A model generated the notes under the pieces. That model worked only from the letters and a program-made list of their open reading frames with translations. It made no database searches and was not told the DNA's origin. From Geosiphon pyriformis uo1 (Eukaryota > Fungi > Glomeromycota), in NCBI GenBank assembly GCA_016748015.1, contig JAAOMT010000030.1:13796-77795 (forward strand): 64,000 bases of DNA, written 5' to 3'. Position numbers and translations under genes: made by a program. Shown here piece after piece: positions 24,676-38,835 of the stretch (position 1 is the stretch's first letter; every line of letters starts with the position of its first letter).

Positions 24676-26799
24676 TCAAATGGAAATATGGCTGCAAGTG
24701 ACTTGTCTTCTGTAATGGTGGCTGGTGGGATATTGCTGGTAAGTGTTAATTGGAGGTTGGTTTCCAGGTTGGTGGACTACCATCGCCAATTGCCAGTTTT
24801 GTTGTATCATTTTTGGTCTTTGGATTCCATTTTGAGGCAAGTTTTGTGGCGATGTTTGAATTTGTGGTTGGGATTGATAAATGACTTGAGGTTGCAGCTG
24901 ATAAATTACTTGTGATTGTGATTGATAAATTGCGAGTGTTTGATAGACTGGAGTTTGATATACTGATGGTTGATAGATTTGTGACTGCATCATTGGTAGG
25001 TAAGTAGTTTGATCTTGATTTGGGTAACAATTTGGAGTTTGAAATCTGCGATCAGGATTTTGATATTGATTTTCCGATCATGAATTGTTGCTATAAAATC
25101 TGCAGTCTGCTCTTATGTGTCCTTGTTTACTACAGTTGTGGCAAACACACATTTCTGGCTGCCACTGCTAATTAAGTGCTGTTGATGATAATGATAAACA
25201 TGACTGATTTTGGAAATAATTTGCATTTCCTGAATTATTGCATCATTGTAGTGGTTGATAAATTATACGATTGTCAGCTAAGTATCTCTCTAATTTCTGA
25301 TTAATTGAATCACTGAATTGTTTCAATTTGGAATCCAATTCAGATGATTTATTCATCATTAAATTCATGGCGTGAACATGATTGGCTTTTAATTCGGCAG
25401 ATTCAAAATCTCTGGCATGTGTAATTGTGTCCTAGAGAGTGGCTGGATGCAATGGGCGTAGTGCTGTGAAATAATTAGCATCAATTGCTTGGATTTGTCA
25501 CAGATTCCTATGGAAGCATCTCAGATATGTGGTAACTGCTTCAGTTTCTTCTTGTTTAATTGTAGTGAAAGTGTTGGCTAATCTGTTGATACTGTTGTTA
25601 TTGCTAAAGTATCTCAAAAATTCTAGTTTGAAGGTGTTGAAATCTTGGGGTTTGTTAACCAGACTTTGATACCATGAGTCCACTGTATCCTTGAGAAAAT
25701 AAAATATGGCTTGCATGGCTCTGGCGTCATTCCATCTATTGGTTGCAATGGCTTTTTTTACATCATTTAGCCAAACTTGTGCATCGTCTTCTTTGCCGGT
25801 GAATTTGTCAAGCTTCGCAATTGGTGCATATGCCATTTGTTGTTGTTGCTGTGGTAGAAGTTGTAGTTGTTGTTGAGGTGGTACTGGGGGTGGTTGTTGA
25901 TTTTGTTGGTTCGGTGTTTGGATGGGTTGGCCAATTAGTTCCACTGGTGGTTGATTGATAATAATAACTGGTGGTAAGTATTGATTAATTACTTCGGGGT
26001 TTTGATTTTGCAGTGCTTGAATATTTAGAGTTTCGATTTCCAGATTTTCTCACTGAGTTTAAATATTTGGGGTTCCAAATTCTGGGTTTTCAAGGATCAG
26101 GTTTTGGTAAGTAAATTCCTGATCTTCTGATTCTTCTTTTTCTTTTTCTTCCAATAGTTCCCACAGGGTAGCGGTTCCAAAGTCTGGTTGAGACAGCAGT
26201 GATTGAATTCCTGATGGTGTTGGTAATCACAATTTGAATCTTTTGAAGTATTCACTATATGGTCCTAATAATTCTGTTTTTCTTTGTTTACTTTGGAATG
26301 GAAATTGTCCAAATACTGATGTCATGTTTAATGTGGACACATCTGTTAATACAATATTGATGGTGCTTCTGAGTGTATAGTAATAAAATGGATTGGTTGG
26401 TAATTTAATTCTTGTCTTCTTCCAAGTAGGTAGTTGTATCTTTCTGGAAGTTACTGCTGGTGTTTGTAGTTTTCCTTTGCCTTTATTAGTGTATATAATT
26501 GGATACCTTTGTTGGGTGTGATGTTCAATTTTTTTGTTAATCTCAATGATAATGGATGCGAAATTATGATTTGTTGGTAGGTTGGTGTTTTGAATTAATT
26601 CTCTGTAGAAAGTTTCCCTTGCTGCTTTAGTATTTACTGGTGTTCCTAACAAAAAGAAAATTTTTTTGTTGACGTAGAAATTAAAGGCTGATTTGGCAGA
26701 TATATGATTGTGGTTTAACCCCAAGTGCTGACAATAGTGTTAAAATAAGGATTTCACAAATCCTAAATAGTTTGCTCCTATATTTTCTGATTCTGCCAC
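24676..26799 (-). pseudogene. G1 gag (long N-terminal extension, capsid-like domain, CCHC knuckle, Q-rich tail)
   Basis: KFTGKEDDAQVWL..W..A...L.D....WY capsid-like pattern; CHNCSKQGHIRADC at ~25100-25142. Confidence 0.85.
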
Positions 26800-26842
26800 T
26801 TTTGGATGGGGTTGTTGGTACTGGTTTTCTGTAAGATTATAC

Positions 26843-26860
26843 CTTACAGGGAGCACCAAA
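26843..26860 (-). promoter_or_regulatory. G1 primer-binding site TT-TGGTGCTCCCTGTAAG
   Basis: Directly follows the 5' LTR. Identical in G4 (47801-47818); degenerate in G2 (58583-58600) and G3 (38836-38850). Confidence 0.88.
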
Positions 26861-27702
26861 TGTTATAGTTGATTATTTGGGGTCTCAAATCAAATAACAA
26901 ACCCATAACTTGGTGCTTAATTGATATAATATTGTTGGTAATATCTGAAGGTATTGTTATTTGAAGGTTTTGGTTGAGTTCTTTGTATAATAGACAGAGA
27001 TTCAATGGTGATAGTTTTATTCGTAGCTTTCCAAAACCACAGTTTCATCAATTTCTTTTTCAGCTTGATGACCGGTATTCCTCCTGGTAAGCTATCCTCA
27101 ATCGAGTGTTCTACTCTTATTCCTGGGTCTTTTACCAGTCACGTTTATCCTGACGTCAATGCCCCATGCATTAATCTTTAATAGAGTTAGTAAACAACAA
27201 TAAAATCAAAGCAAGAAAATAAAAAAGGAAAAGAAAATAAAGAAAGAAAAGAAATAAGCCAAGGCGATTTGCAAGTTAGTATTTCATCAATAGCCATGAT
27301 TAAGAGCTATTGTTCCAGTATAGTTAAGTGTCAATTACTATTAACATAAAGTGTTGATAGTGGAAATAGATTTGAGATAACAAATAGTTATTTATTAGAT
27401 GATTGTGATTTGGAGAGTTGCTTAGATTAAATTTAAACTGAAAGGTCTGTCTTTTCAGTTTCTAATCCTACTGCTATATATACATAATTAAGATTCCTCA
27501 ATTCCTCAATTCTCCACAACAGGAATCCAGCAATTCCTTTGAGAAGAATTCTGGAATTCTGGAATCCTGTGATTTCTTGTGAGAATCCTGTAATTTCTGG
27601 AATCCTGTAATTCCTGAAAGGAATCTTGGAATTCCATATTTTACTATGTCTACTTCTGATTGGCTATGCTAATCTCTATTCCCTATATTTCTATGAGTAA
27701 CA
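26861..27702 (-). repeat. G1 5' LTR
   Basis: Direct repeat of 17802-18643, same length, differing by transitions. Confidence 0.95.
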
Positions 27703-30700
27703 ACAGTTTACATATTTGGTGTCAGCAGTTTTTTTTCCTATTGTCAATTATAAGACTCAATTCAGTTTTGTTCCTGTTAGTATTTGTAGTAAATAAGATG
27801 CTCTGATTTGCAAAGACTTGAAGTCTAAATTTGGTCTCCTACTTGATTTTTTTACTTATACAATCTATCATCCTTCCTTGTATGGTTTAAAGACTTTTAA
27901 ACAAATTCAGACTGAAAGCAAGTCAGCATTCTTTGTTTTTTTTGTGAATTTATTGAGTATTTTGGGCCAGTTATTTTCTCACAAGTCTTATAATTTCCAG
28001 GTTTTTAGCTGGTATTTTCACCACCTTCTGTAATTTCCGGCTTGTGTAAGAGTCAACCCCTTAGACAATTTTTTGGCTAATATGGTCTGCATTTTTTCTG
28101 GATGTAATTTGTCTTTGAATGGCTCTCTGGCCAGTGTTTTTCATTTTTGAAGTGGTACTCTTATGTCTTTTGTTCTTGGCAAAACTAATTATTTTAAATA
28201 TGTCTCTTCTCTTCAGTATTATGAAGTTACTTTTGTGAACCAGCTGTATAACAAGCATGGTGCTGTTTTCAGTTGGACAATCTTCAAGCAGTAGAAGTAA
28301 TTGGACTCTTATGGCCTTGTTTTTGTTTGGTTTGAGCTTTCTGTTTGTTTTCTTGGTAGTAAAGTTTCTTTTTTTGCTTGTCCCTCATTTTTGAATGGTT
28401 GTTTCTCTTCTGATATTCTTTAGTCTTATGAATTTGGTGTTGTTGGGGTTAATTTATTGTATGTTAATACTGCTTGTTTTTCTGTGTATATGGATGAATC
28501 TCTGAATGGTCTGGGAACTTTTGATATGGTGGCTGGTGCTGCTGTTTTTTTTGAAGACATTGATTTGGGTCTGGGTGTGAGAGTTTTTGGTTTGGTTTTT
28601 TCTATGATGACAGAGTTGTAGGCCATTGCTCTGGCTCTCGAGTGTATTTTTTTTTCTTATTCTGCTGACTTATTTTCAGACAGCCAGATTGCTTTGAATG
28701 TATGCAAATCAGAGTTTGTGTTGGCTTGTCTGGATTTCAAAAATCAGTGTTGAGTCAAATGTTGCCATATTACTAATGTTATTTGTTGTAAAAATTTGGA
28801 TGTTAATTAAATTAAAATTAAAAATTACTCTGGTGTCTTTAGCAATAAATATGCTGATGCTTTCTTTGATAAGCGTCTATCTCATATAGTCAATGAACAT
28901 TTTCTTAAAGCCAATAATATGATAGTTTTCAGTAATTCTAAATATTTTGTTCATGGTATTTTTTGATCTATTCACTATGTATATTGGAAAATTGGTTCTG
29001 GTTCTCAGATCATGATGAATAGCCTGTATGCTGATATTGATTGGTCCAGATCTCTGTTGGTGTAGCATTCTGATTCTCACTTGGCTGTTGGTTTTACCAA
29101 TATATGCACTACTGGCTTTCAGTCATATTTTATGAAAACATTGCATCATCATCTTCTTGTTGTAGTATATAAACAACTTTATAATAAGTATTACCCCAAT
29201 GTGATATGTTTGTTCTGCAGTAATGTTAAGGTTTTAGACTATGTTTTTTCTTGCCCTTTTGATGCTGCTGGTCATGCTCAATTAATAGAAGTTTATATAT
29301 CTGCTTGGGAGATATGCTTGGGTTTATTTCGCTCTTCTTCTTGTGTCTTGCAGTTGTTGTCTACTTGTATTTTCAATATTGTTGTTGGTACAGTTCTGTA
29401 TAAAGGCTTTGTTTTCAATAAGTGATATCATGAATCTGTTTTTAAGGATTCTAAAGTTGCAGCTCAGAATATTGTGTTTTTTGTGCACAAATTTTGTCTT
29501 GTGTTCTGGAATAATATTTGGCTGGTGCATGTCAAATACTGGGCTATTATGGAAAAGGGTGACTTAATTCTACATGATGATTCTGTTTCTGTCTTAGTTT
29601 CTGGTTTTCCTGTGGTACTCTCAGTTGGTACAATTAAGTTATTGGGTATTGCCAATGTATTTGGTATTAGTTTTGGGTTTTGTAAGTCTTGTTTGTTTTT
29701 TTTAGGTATTAGGGACATGGTTTCTATTCATATAAATATCTAATGTTGTCTTAATTGGCCTGAATGGCTGGTCATGTGTAGCAAATACATGATTCGCACC
29801 TAGTTTAAATTATTAATGTGATATATAGTACTAGGCAGTATCTAGACTTTATTCATTAAATACAAAAAAAAACAAAAAAAAACAAATAATAAAAGTAAAA
29901 TTTTTTTATATTTTTAATTAAATATTTTAAGATTAAAAAAATAAATACAAATAAAATAATAGTTTTTTATTTTATATTTTATTGCTTTAAATTTTAAATA
30001 ATTAAATCTAAAAGTTTTTATTAAAAAAATTTTATTTTAAATATTAATTTGTTAAAAATTGTTAAAAAATTATTAGATTTATATTATTTTTTAACATTAA
30101 TTAAAAATAAAAAAATCCAAATAAATAATAATCTTGAAAAACAAAAAATATATTTAAATTAAGTTATAATTTTCAAAAAAATTTCATAAATATTTTTAAA
30201 AAAATTTTTTAATTAATAAAAATTTTATATATATAATTAAGACTAATAAAAATTAGACAATATAAAAACAAAAAAATAAATTTAAAACTGTATTGTTTAT
30301 TTTGTTTATGTATATTATTGTTTATAATAATCTTTTAAATAAATCTAAAAAAATTTACATTATAAATTATATATATTATTATTATTAATAAAATATATAT
30401 AATTATTTATTTTAAGAATAAAAAAATTTTAAATTATTTGTGTTTTTAGTAAAAATTAATTTTTAATAAATTTAATTTAATTTAATTTAATATAAAACTT
30501 ATAAATATTTTGAATATTTTAAATTAAAATATAAATTTCTTAAATAAATTCTAAAAATATATGTTTTTTAAAATTTGTTAGTCTTATTTTATTAATTTTT
30601 ATGTCAAAAAAAATATATTTATTTTTTATATATTATTTTTAATAGTAAATTATAAATTTAAATAGTTATTTTTGGCCAAATTTTTGGTTATAATATATTT

Positions 30701-31585
30701 TATTTAATGTTTTTTTTTAATTTATTTTTTTAATAATAGATTTTTAAATAAATATTTTAAAATATAATATTAAGCTTTTGTCTAATTAAATCTTATTAAT
30801 ATTTTCTAAATTAGATATTATATTTTTATTTGCTGTTTTTTTTAGTTTACAGCTTTTTTTTAATATTAACATTTAATTTTAATATGATTTTAAACAATAT
30901 TTTTAAGAAAATTATTAATATATTGTTTATAAACTTTGGTATTTCTGTTTTTATAATATCTAAATTAAAATATCTTAAAGCTAAATTAACTAAAATTTTA
31001 TATTTTTAATATTGTATTATTAAAGCTTAATAAAATATTATTAAAAATAAGTTATAAATAATTTCTTTTTAATATTTAATTTAATTTAAAAAATTATTAT
31101 ATGTAATATTAAAAGTATAAAAAATATTGTTAAGTAAATTAATATTAATAAATAAATTCTTTTTCTTCTTTATTCCAAATTTCCAAAAAGAGTTAAAAAG
31201 TTTTTTTAAAAGAAGTTTTTTATAATTCAATATGATAAGTCTAAACCATTTATTCTTGACTATGAAGTCACTATTAGCTGTAATATTACTGTTATAAAAA
31301 AAACTGCTAAAGATTTTGTTCTGCTAAGGGCTTCAAATCAGTACTGTTAAGAAAAAAGAGGAGAAGTGGTGCTTTAAAGAATAATATTAAGACTAAAAAA
31401 ACTTTTGCTAAAGTAGTGGATAGTCATTTTTGGAGTTTGGAAGCTGGTGATACTACAGAATCTGATAATGTGGACATGAAAAAGGAGTATTTGATTAAGG
31501 AAACCAGTTTTGATTATAGTAATAGGGCTATCTTTGATGAGAAAAACACCAACCAAACACCTAAGAGCTCAAAAGTTAAGACTAT

Positions 31586-32447
31586 TATTACAGATAATTA
31601 TTTAGAGTCTTAAATCAAATAACAAACTCATAACTTGGTACTCAATTAATATATATTAATGTTAGTAATATCTGAAGGTTTTGTTGTGAAGTTCTTTGTA
31701 CAATAAACAGAAATTTAGTGTTGATTATAGTAGCTTCTTAAAATTGCAATTCCATCTAATTTTTTTTTCAGTTTTGTAGCTGGATTTATTCTAGTAGTCA
31801 TGTCTTTTTAGTAAGTTATCCATTAATATATATATAATTTTATTCTTATTTCTGGGTTTTTTACCAGACTATTCTTGACATTAATAATTCAGTGCTTAAT
31901 TTTCAATCAATTAGTCAACAACAAAAGAAAATAAAATAAAGAAAAATAAAAGAAAATAAAAACAATAAAGAAATAAGCCAAGACAATAGTAAGTTAATAT
32001 CTCATCAATAGTCATGATCAAGAGCTATTGGTTCAGTATGATCAAATATAAATTACTATTAACATAAAGTGTTGATAATGAAAAGTAGATTAAGATAGTG
32101 AATAATTATTTATTAATATTTGTAATGTAGAGGGTTGCTTAGATAAAATCTAAACTGAAAGATCTGTCTTTTCTGTTTCTAATGCTCTTACTATATATAC
32201 ATAATTTAAGTTCTATGAAATTGCTCACATTTCTGAGCAATATGCTATAATTTCTTGAGCAATGTTCATATTACTAAGCAATATGCTCTATTTTTCTAAC
32301 ATTGCTCTACATTGTTAAGCAATGTGCTGTAATTTCTGATATTGCTCCATATTGCTTAAGCAATGTGCTCATGTACTAACTATTATTCTTCTATTGGTCT
32401 ATCTGTTTTTCCTATTATTTTCTTTTTATGTTTTTTTATAAGTAACA
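31586..32447 (-). repeat. G2 3' LTR
   Basis: TATTA (mutated TGTTA)..TAACA; repeat of 58601-59422; gcaatgtgct-type tandem array. Confidence 0.92.
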
Positions 32448-35400
32448 TTATCTTCTCTTTTTAATATTAAGCTCCATTAAAATCTTTACTTTGAATTAGA
32501 TTTAACACTTCTTTTTTTAATACTGTTTGTTCGACTTTGTTTTTTATCTCTTTAATTTGTGTGTTGTTTATTTTTTTCTATTGGTTAATAGTGATTGTCT
32601 CTATGTTGGAGTGTAACAATATTTTTAGATAATTTTGAAATATCATGTGTAGTCAATAGATTGTTCTAATATGTAGTGTTAGATTTGTTTTCTTTCCAAT
32701 AATGTTTTCAATGTTCTGTATTATCTCTTAATTAAATATTCTTTTGGATTTATCAAGATATAACTTTTCAATATCTAACTTTTGTTCCAACTAATAGTAG
32801 CAGTATGATATTAGAAGTTGTTCTGTTCATTGTTTTCAATTTTCTTTTGAAAGTTCTTCTGCTGGAATCATGATGGTTATTTTCCCAAAAGTTTTTTTTA
32901 TTTTCTTTATTATTTTATCTGACCAGTTTATTGATTGTTTCAGTGATGACTGATATAATGTACTTTTCTCTTTTTGTTTGGTGTTTTGATAACAGATTGT
33001 TTGGTAATTGATGACAATTTCTATGTTTAATTGCTATTAACTTAAGGTCTGAAACAATTGTTAAGTTAAAGTGTGAATATGGTCTGGTATTTCTATTTTT
33101 TTTGTTGTTTTTGTCATGTATATTATGTCTTTATATACTCTTTGGTTGTTCAATTTGATGTGTCTGGTTCAATGATTATGATTGGTTTTAGATTTCATGA
33201 AATTTTATCTGGTTGAACTAGTATTCATTGTACTCTCAGTTGTGGAATATTATTAGTAGATGATAATACTATATGGTGATATGATTTCAGTCAATCACCA
33301 TGTGCTGCTTTGGCTAAGATTTTGTTGTTCTATCTTAATTTATAAGCTTCATTTCCTAAAATTTCTTTTATGTAAAATGGTCTATCCCATTTGGGATCAA
33401 ATTTTCTATTTTATTGTTTTTCCACTTTGATATAATATAAAAGTACTTTATTTCCAATCTTGAATTCAATTGGTTTATCTGGTAATTGGTTATCATGTCT
33501 TTTTTTTTGTTTTTTTTGTAATTTTTAAATATTATCAGCTGCTTTTTACTATTTGTTTTCTAGTGTTTCTATTAAGTCATATGTTCTTTTTAACAATATT
33601 TTTTGTAAATTGTCTTTTGTTATTGGTTTAGTTGAATATGTGTTAACTTCTATCTTTATTGGTAATGTTGCTGTTTTATCATATACTAATTCAAATGGTG
33701 TTGCTTGTATAGTGTCTTGCTTTATTGTCTGATAAGCAAATAATACTGATGGTATAAACAAATCTTATTTGTCTTGATTTTCTTAACTAATTTTGGCAAT
33801 TGCTTTACACAATGTTCTATTGAATCTTTCAATTAAGCCATTTGTTTGTGAATAATATAGTGATAATAATAGTCTTTTGATTCCAAATCTTTGACTTAAT
33901 TCTGTTAATGTTCTATTTACAAAGTGAGTTCTTTGGTCAGATAGTAATTTTTTTAGACATCTGTGTTAACAAATCAGATCTTAATAAATGAATTCAGCAA
34001 TAAATTCTGTATCTGCTCTTTGAATGGCTTTTGCTTCTGGCCATTTAGTAAGATAATCCATGACTACAGCAATATATCTGTTGCCTTTGCTGATAATTGT
34101 TAATAGTCTAACTAAATCAATTCTAATCTGATCAAATAGTTGTTCTACTTTGATTGGTCTTAATAGTTTGCTTGGTTTTGTTTCTTTTTTTCTCTGACAA
34201 GCATCACAATTTTAAATATATTAGATAATGTCTGGGTACATTAATGGCCAATAATATTGTTTTTTGGCTCTTTCCATGGTTGTTTCTTTGTGAAAATGTT
34301 TTACTATTGGATTTGAATACATGTTGAACAATATTGTCTCTTTCTTTGGCTCTGTAATTACTCTGGTTGGTTAATCTAGATTTCTTTTGTTCTTCCTATA
34401 AAGTATATTTTGGTAAGTGATAAAATATTTAAATTGTTGTTTGATGTTGTTTCATTCTTTTTAAAATAANNNNNNNNNNNNNNNNNNNNNNNNNNNNNNN
34501 NNNNNNNNNNNNNNNNNNNNNNNNNNNNNNNNNNNNNNNNNNNNNNNNNNNNNNNNNNNNNNNNNNNNNNNNNNNNNNNNNNNNNNNNNNNNNNNNNNNN
34601 NNNNNNNNNNNNNNNNNNNNNNNNNNNNNNNNNNNNNNNNNNNNNNNNNNNNNNNNNNNNNNNNNNNNNNNNNNNNNNNNNNNNNNNNNNNNNNNNNNNN
34701 NNNNNNNNNNNNNNNNNNNNNNNNNNNNNNNNNNNNNNNNNNNNNNNNNNNNNNNNNNNNNNNNNNNNNNNNNNNNNNNNNNNNNNNNNNNNNNNNNNNN
34801 NNNNNNNNNNNNNNNNNNNNNNNNNNNNNNNNNNNNNNNNNNNNNNNNNNNNNNNNNNNNNNNNNNNNNNNNNNNNNNNNNNNNNNNNNNNNNNNNNNNN
34901 NNNNNNNNNNNNNNNNNNNNNNNNNNNNNNNNNNNNNNNNNNNNNNNNNNNNNNNNNNNNNNNNNNNNNNNNNNNNNNNNNNNNNNNNNNNNNNNNNNNN
35001 NNNNNNNNNNNNNNNNNNNNNNNNNNNNNNNNNNNNNNNNNNNNNNNNNNNNNNNNNNNNNNNNNNNNNNNNNNNNNNNNNNNNNNNNNNNNNNNNNNNN
35101 NNNNNNNNNNNNNNNNNNNNNNNNNNNNNNNNNNNNNNNNNNNNNNNNNNNNNNNNNNATTTTAATTCTGTTTTTCTGAAGAAGCACTTGGTGGCATTTA
35201 ACTTCAGTCCAACTCTTTTCAATTTTTCAAACACTTGCTGAAGATGATATAGATGATCATCAAATGTTTTTGAAAATACATTGGTGTTGTTCAAGTAGAC
35301 TATTACTGATTTTTATAGCAATCTTGTGTAAACAATTTCTATTAGCCATTGAAATATGGCTGAAACATTCATCAAACCAAATGGCATTATTTTAAATTCA

Positions 35401-37863
35401 AAGTTTTTTTCTCTTGTGATGAATACAGTTTTCTTTTTGTCAGCTGAATTCATGGCTACTTGCCAATAACCACTGTCTAAATCTAGTGTTGAGAACCATT
35501 TTTTTCCTCTAAAAGCATCAAATAGCTTTTGGATCCATAGAGTTTGGTAGCTATCTCTACAAGTTACACCATTGAGTTTTCTATAATCTACACAAAAGCA
35601 AATTTTTCCATTCTTCTTATGGACTAGTACTACTAGTAATGACTATAGACTTATAGATAGTTGAATTAACTTATTGTTTAACATCTGATTGATTTCCTGT
35701 TGGATGATTTTATGGCTGGCTGGTGGTACTCTGTATGCTTATTGTTTTATTGACATCACATTATTAGTTTTGATTTAATGCTAAATAATATCAATATGGC
35801 CAAATTTATTTTTATTGGCAAAAATATTATTAAAGTTGTTGAATAATATCTTGAGCTGCATTCATTGTAGTGGGTCTAAATTTTTTAAATTTATCTGTTT
35901 CAATTGTTTTGATTGAAGTAAATAATATTCACTTTGTCTGTAGATGGTTTGTGATGTAATATTCACATATTTGCAAAGCTGTAGAAAGTCTAGAATAGTG
36001 GTTGGTAGTTGGTTTTCAACTTTGATGCTTAAATATCTAATGATAGTTTCTTTTGGTATTTCAATAACATCTTTGGTTGTGTTGTAGATAGGAATTTTAA
36101 TGTGTTTGGGGCTTTTGGCTAGTATGTAAAGATTGGTAAGCCCAATTTTTTCTGATTCACAAAGAGTTACTTTTGTTTCAAATATCTATACTTGATCCTT
36201 CACTTTTCTCTTTATAGTTAACATATACTGGTTATATGACAGAATGGAAACTGCTTGATAAGTGAAAATAATTTTTTCCTTGTTAACAACTTTTTTCTCT
36301 GCTATATTAACTGGTATATTTATTCTACCTATGAATCTGAATCCACTTATTTCTCTAGCTATAATCCCTAATTCTTTCCTGTTTCCTACTGATATTAACT
36401 GAGCTATTTTAACTAGAAACAAGAATATTGTCTGTGCTATCTTTTTATTTGGCTCTATAATGTAGGCTTTTTTTGAGTCATTTTGTAGTATTGCAATAAT
36501 ATTTCCTACATATCCTGTATTAATTATTTTTTCTTTTATATTAATTATTTTTTTTGCTAAACTATTTCTTGATGCTAATTAAACTATTGTTGTAGCTGGA
36601 ATTTTTAGTGCTATCTTTAGATTAATACAGGTATGTGAATGTGGTTCCAATTTAATGGCTTCTTTTCTAGGATATCTCAGATCAAATCCTGTATTAGTAT
36701 TATACACTCATTCTGGCATGATGCTCTCATTATTATCACTGAACCATTTGAGTTCCTGTTCTTTGAAGAGATCAAAAAGTGTAATGTATTGTTTAGAGTT
36801 TGAATTAGAGTTTGAATTATCATTGTTGTTATTGCTATTTAAAACTGAGCTGGAACCATTGTTGTCATTATTATTGTCAGAGTTTAAATCAGAATTGAAC
36901 TGTGATTCCAATTCTGATGCACAGTTGCTAATTGGTTTCTCTTCTTTGAGAATCATATAAATCATGTATGGTGGTGGATTATAAACAATATCACAATTAT
37001 CATAATATTCGAAGTTGCTTGGAATTAAACAATGTCTGTATAATTAGGTATTCAACTGTTTCAACTATTGTTTTTGTTCTTCTCTGGTAGGCACTAGGTT
37101 CTAGTAGTGTTTGTAGAATTGCTTAAAATTGTCTTTGCTGTCATTAAAAATGTCCACAGTTACAATATATTTGGGTTTAGAATGGGTAAGTGGATTGTTT
37201 TTGATTTTTAGTATTTTACTAGTTAAAGCTTCTTTTGCTTTTACACTTACTATTCTTCAGATTTCATGTTTGTTATATGAGTACCCTTCTAATTATTATA
37301 GTGCTCACTTCTAAGCATTGTTGATTGAAGTTTTTTTTTGTATTTAGTCATTAATGAGAATTGTGTATTAACATGATTTGTTGCATGTTTTTCTTCTCCT
37401 TGGAATGTCATTCCATATTTTTTTGTTAGGTAAAATGGTTTCACATGCTAAGCAAGATTTGTTATTTCATTTTCCTTGTCATTTAGGTTATCCAAAACAT
37501 TTAAGAATGCATGAACAGCAGTAAAATTTAATTGCCATTGGTTATTCTTTGTTATTGCCACAACATGTGCCCATTGTAGACAATTTTTTGCCACAATCAA
37601 CACATATGAGCTTGGGTTGACAATAATTTGTTTGAAATGGTGTGGTGTATAGAATATATATAGAGGTGGTCACTTGTGTTGACTTTTCTTTCTTTTTCTG
37701 CTCTTTTTTTTTCTCTTTTTCTCCCAGGTCGAAATTGGTGGTAGTTCATTGTGGTTGTTATTGAACCATGAAATTTGATAGACTTTTCAAGTAGGTTTTT
37801 CTTTTTCTTCCTCAAATTCGATTAGTGAAGCTGGTGTGGTGCCATTTGGTTTGAAGTGGCCAC

Positions 37864-38835
37864 TGTTACCAGTAAAATTTAGCTATTAAATAGCATGAAA
37901 TTACTTTCATAATTTTTATTATTAATTAGCATATATTATTATTATTTTGATTATTACTTATTATTTAATCAAATTATCAAATATTATTACTTAATCAATA
38001 ATCCGATTTGTACAATAGAAATTAAGATAATCAAATTACACAATACTCTGAACCATTTAACATAGTCAAAATTCGCTGAAATTAATAAAAATTGTCCGAA
38101 ATAATCAATAGTTCAGTAAAATAACTTGTAGTTTGCCGAAATGTATCTTTTGTTCATCCAAATTATAGCAAAAAGAAAAGTACAAGTTCAAAGACTAATA
38201 CTACAACAAGTTGTATAAAAGAAGAGCCTTTCTCTTCAAGAAAATGTATCTTTTCATAGTATCTTAACATAGTGTATTACTTTAGATATCTTAATTAAAA
38301 CAAATCATCTTTTACACATTCAAATAAAAATTAAATATTCAAAAACCAAATTCTTAAATTATTACACTTAAAATTCTCTCAAACCCAACTAACATTTCGA
38401 AATTGATTAGCTATCAATTTTAATAAACTGTTAGTAATTCCAGGTCTGAATAGAAAACGTTTCTCTTAACAGAATTTTATTTCTTTTACATTTTTTTTTA
38501 TTTTTTTATTTTTTTCTTATCATAATCATTAAAGTAGCCTATAAATAAGATTCCTGTAGAAGAGTTGATTTTCACAGCAAAGTAACTACACATTTTTAAT
38601 GAGCTTTCAGATAAGCAATTTATGGAAAAGAGTTGACATTTACTACAACATAATTACACAAAGTAACTGGCACAAAATTGGCTATTTCATTTATAAGCTC
38701 AGCAATTCAAATTATAGGAGATAATTTGAAGATAAATTCAGTTACTGGAGATCCAACTACTTCCTAAGAACGTGAATTCACAGCAAATTAACATTAACAG
38801 CATTCAAAAAAAGAGACCAAAAACCTTCGGTAACA
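37864..38835 (+). repeat. G3 5' LTR (972 bp)
   Basis: TGTTA..TAACA; matches 46787-46881 plus 54978-55879. Confidence 0.93.

Larger units (their letters stand above)
17802..27702 (-). mobile_element. G1: complete Ty3/gypsy LTR retrotransposon (9.9 kb) carrying a dUTPase
   Basis: Two 842-bp LTRs, perfect ACAG TSD (17798-17801/27703-27706), PBS and PPT. Order gag-PR-dUTPase-RT-RH-IN. Confidence 0.97.
13237..29890 (+). mobile_element. LINE B, full length, decayed, interrupted by gypsy G1
   Basis: 5' UTR shared with LINE A. ORF1 ~13376-15177. ORF2 15174-17801 + 27707-29743 (GDFN, TIDY, GLDQGEVF, AFIDDT, RNase H, CLFC..C). A-rich tail ~29862-29890. The frame DKQ|FTYLVS is restored on removing G1. 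Confidence 0.95.

Noticed and set aside
24301-24915. 204-aa plus-strand ORF and many similar short ORFs opposite TE genes
   Set aside because: Antisense shadows of protease, RT or LINE coding sequence with no independent motifs.
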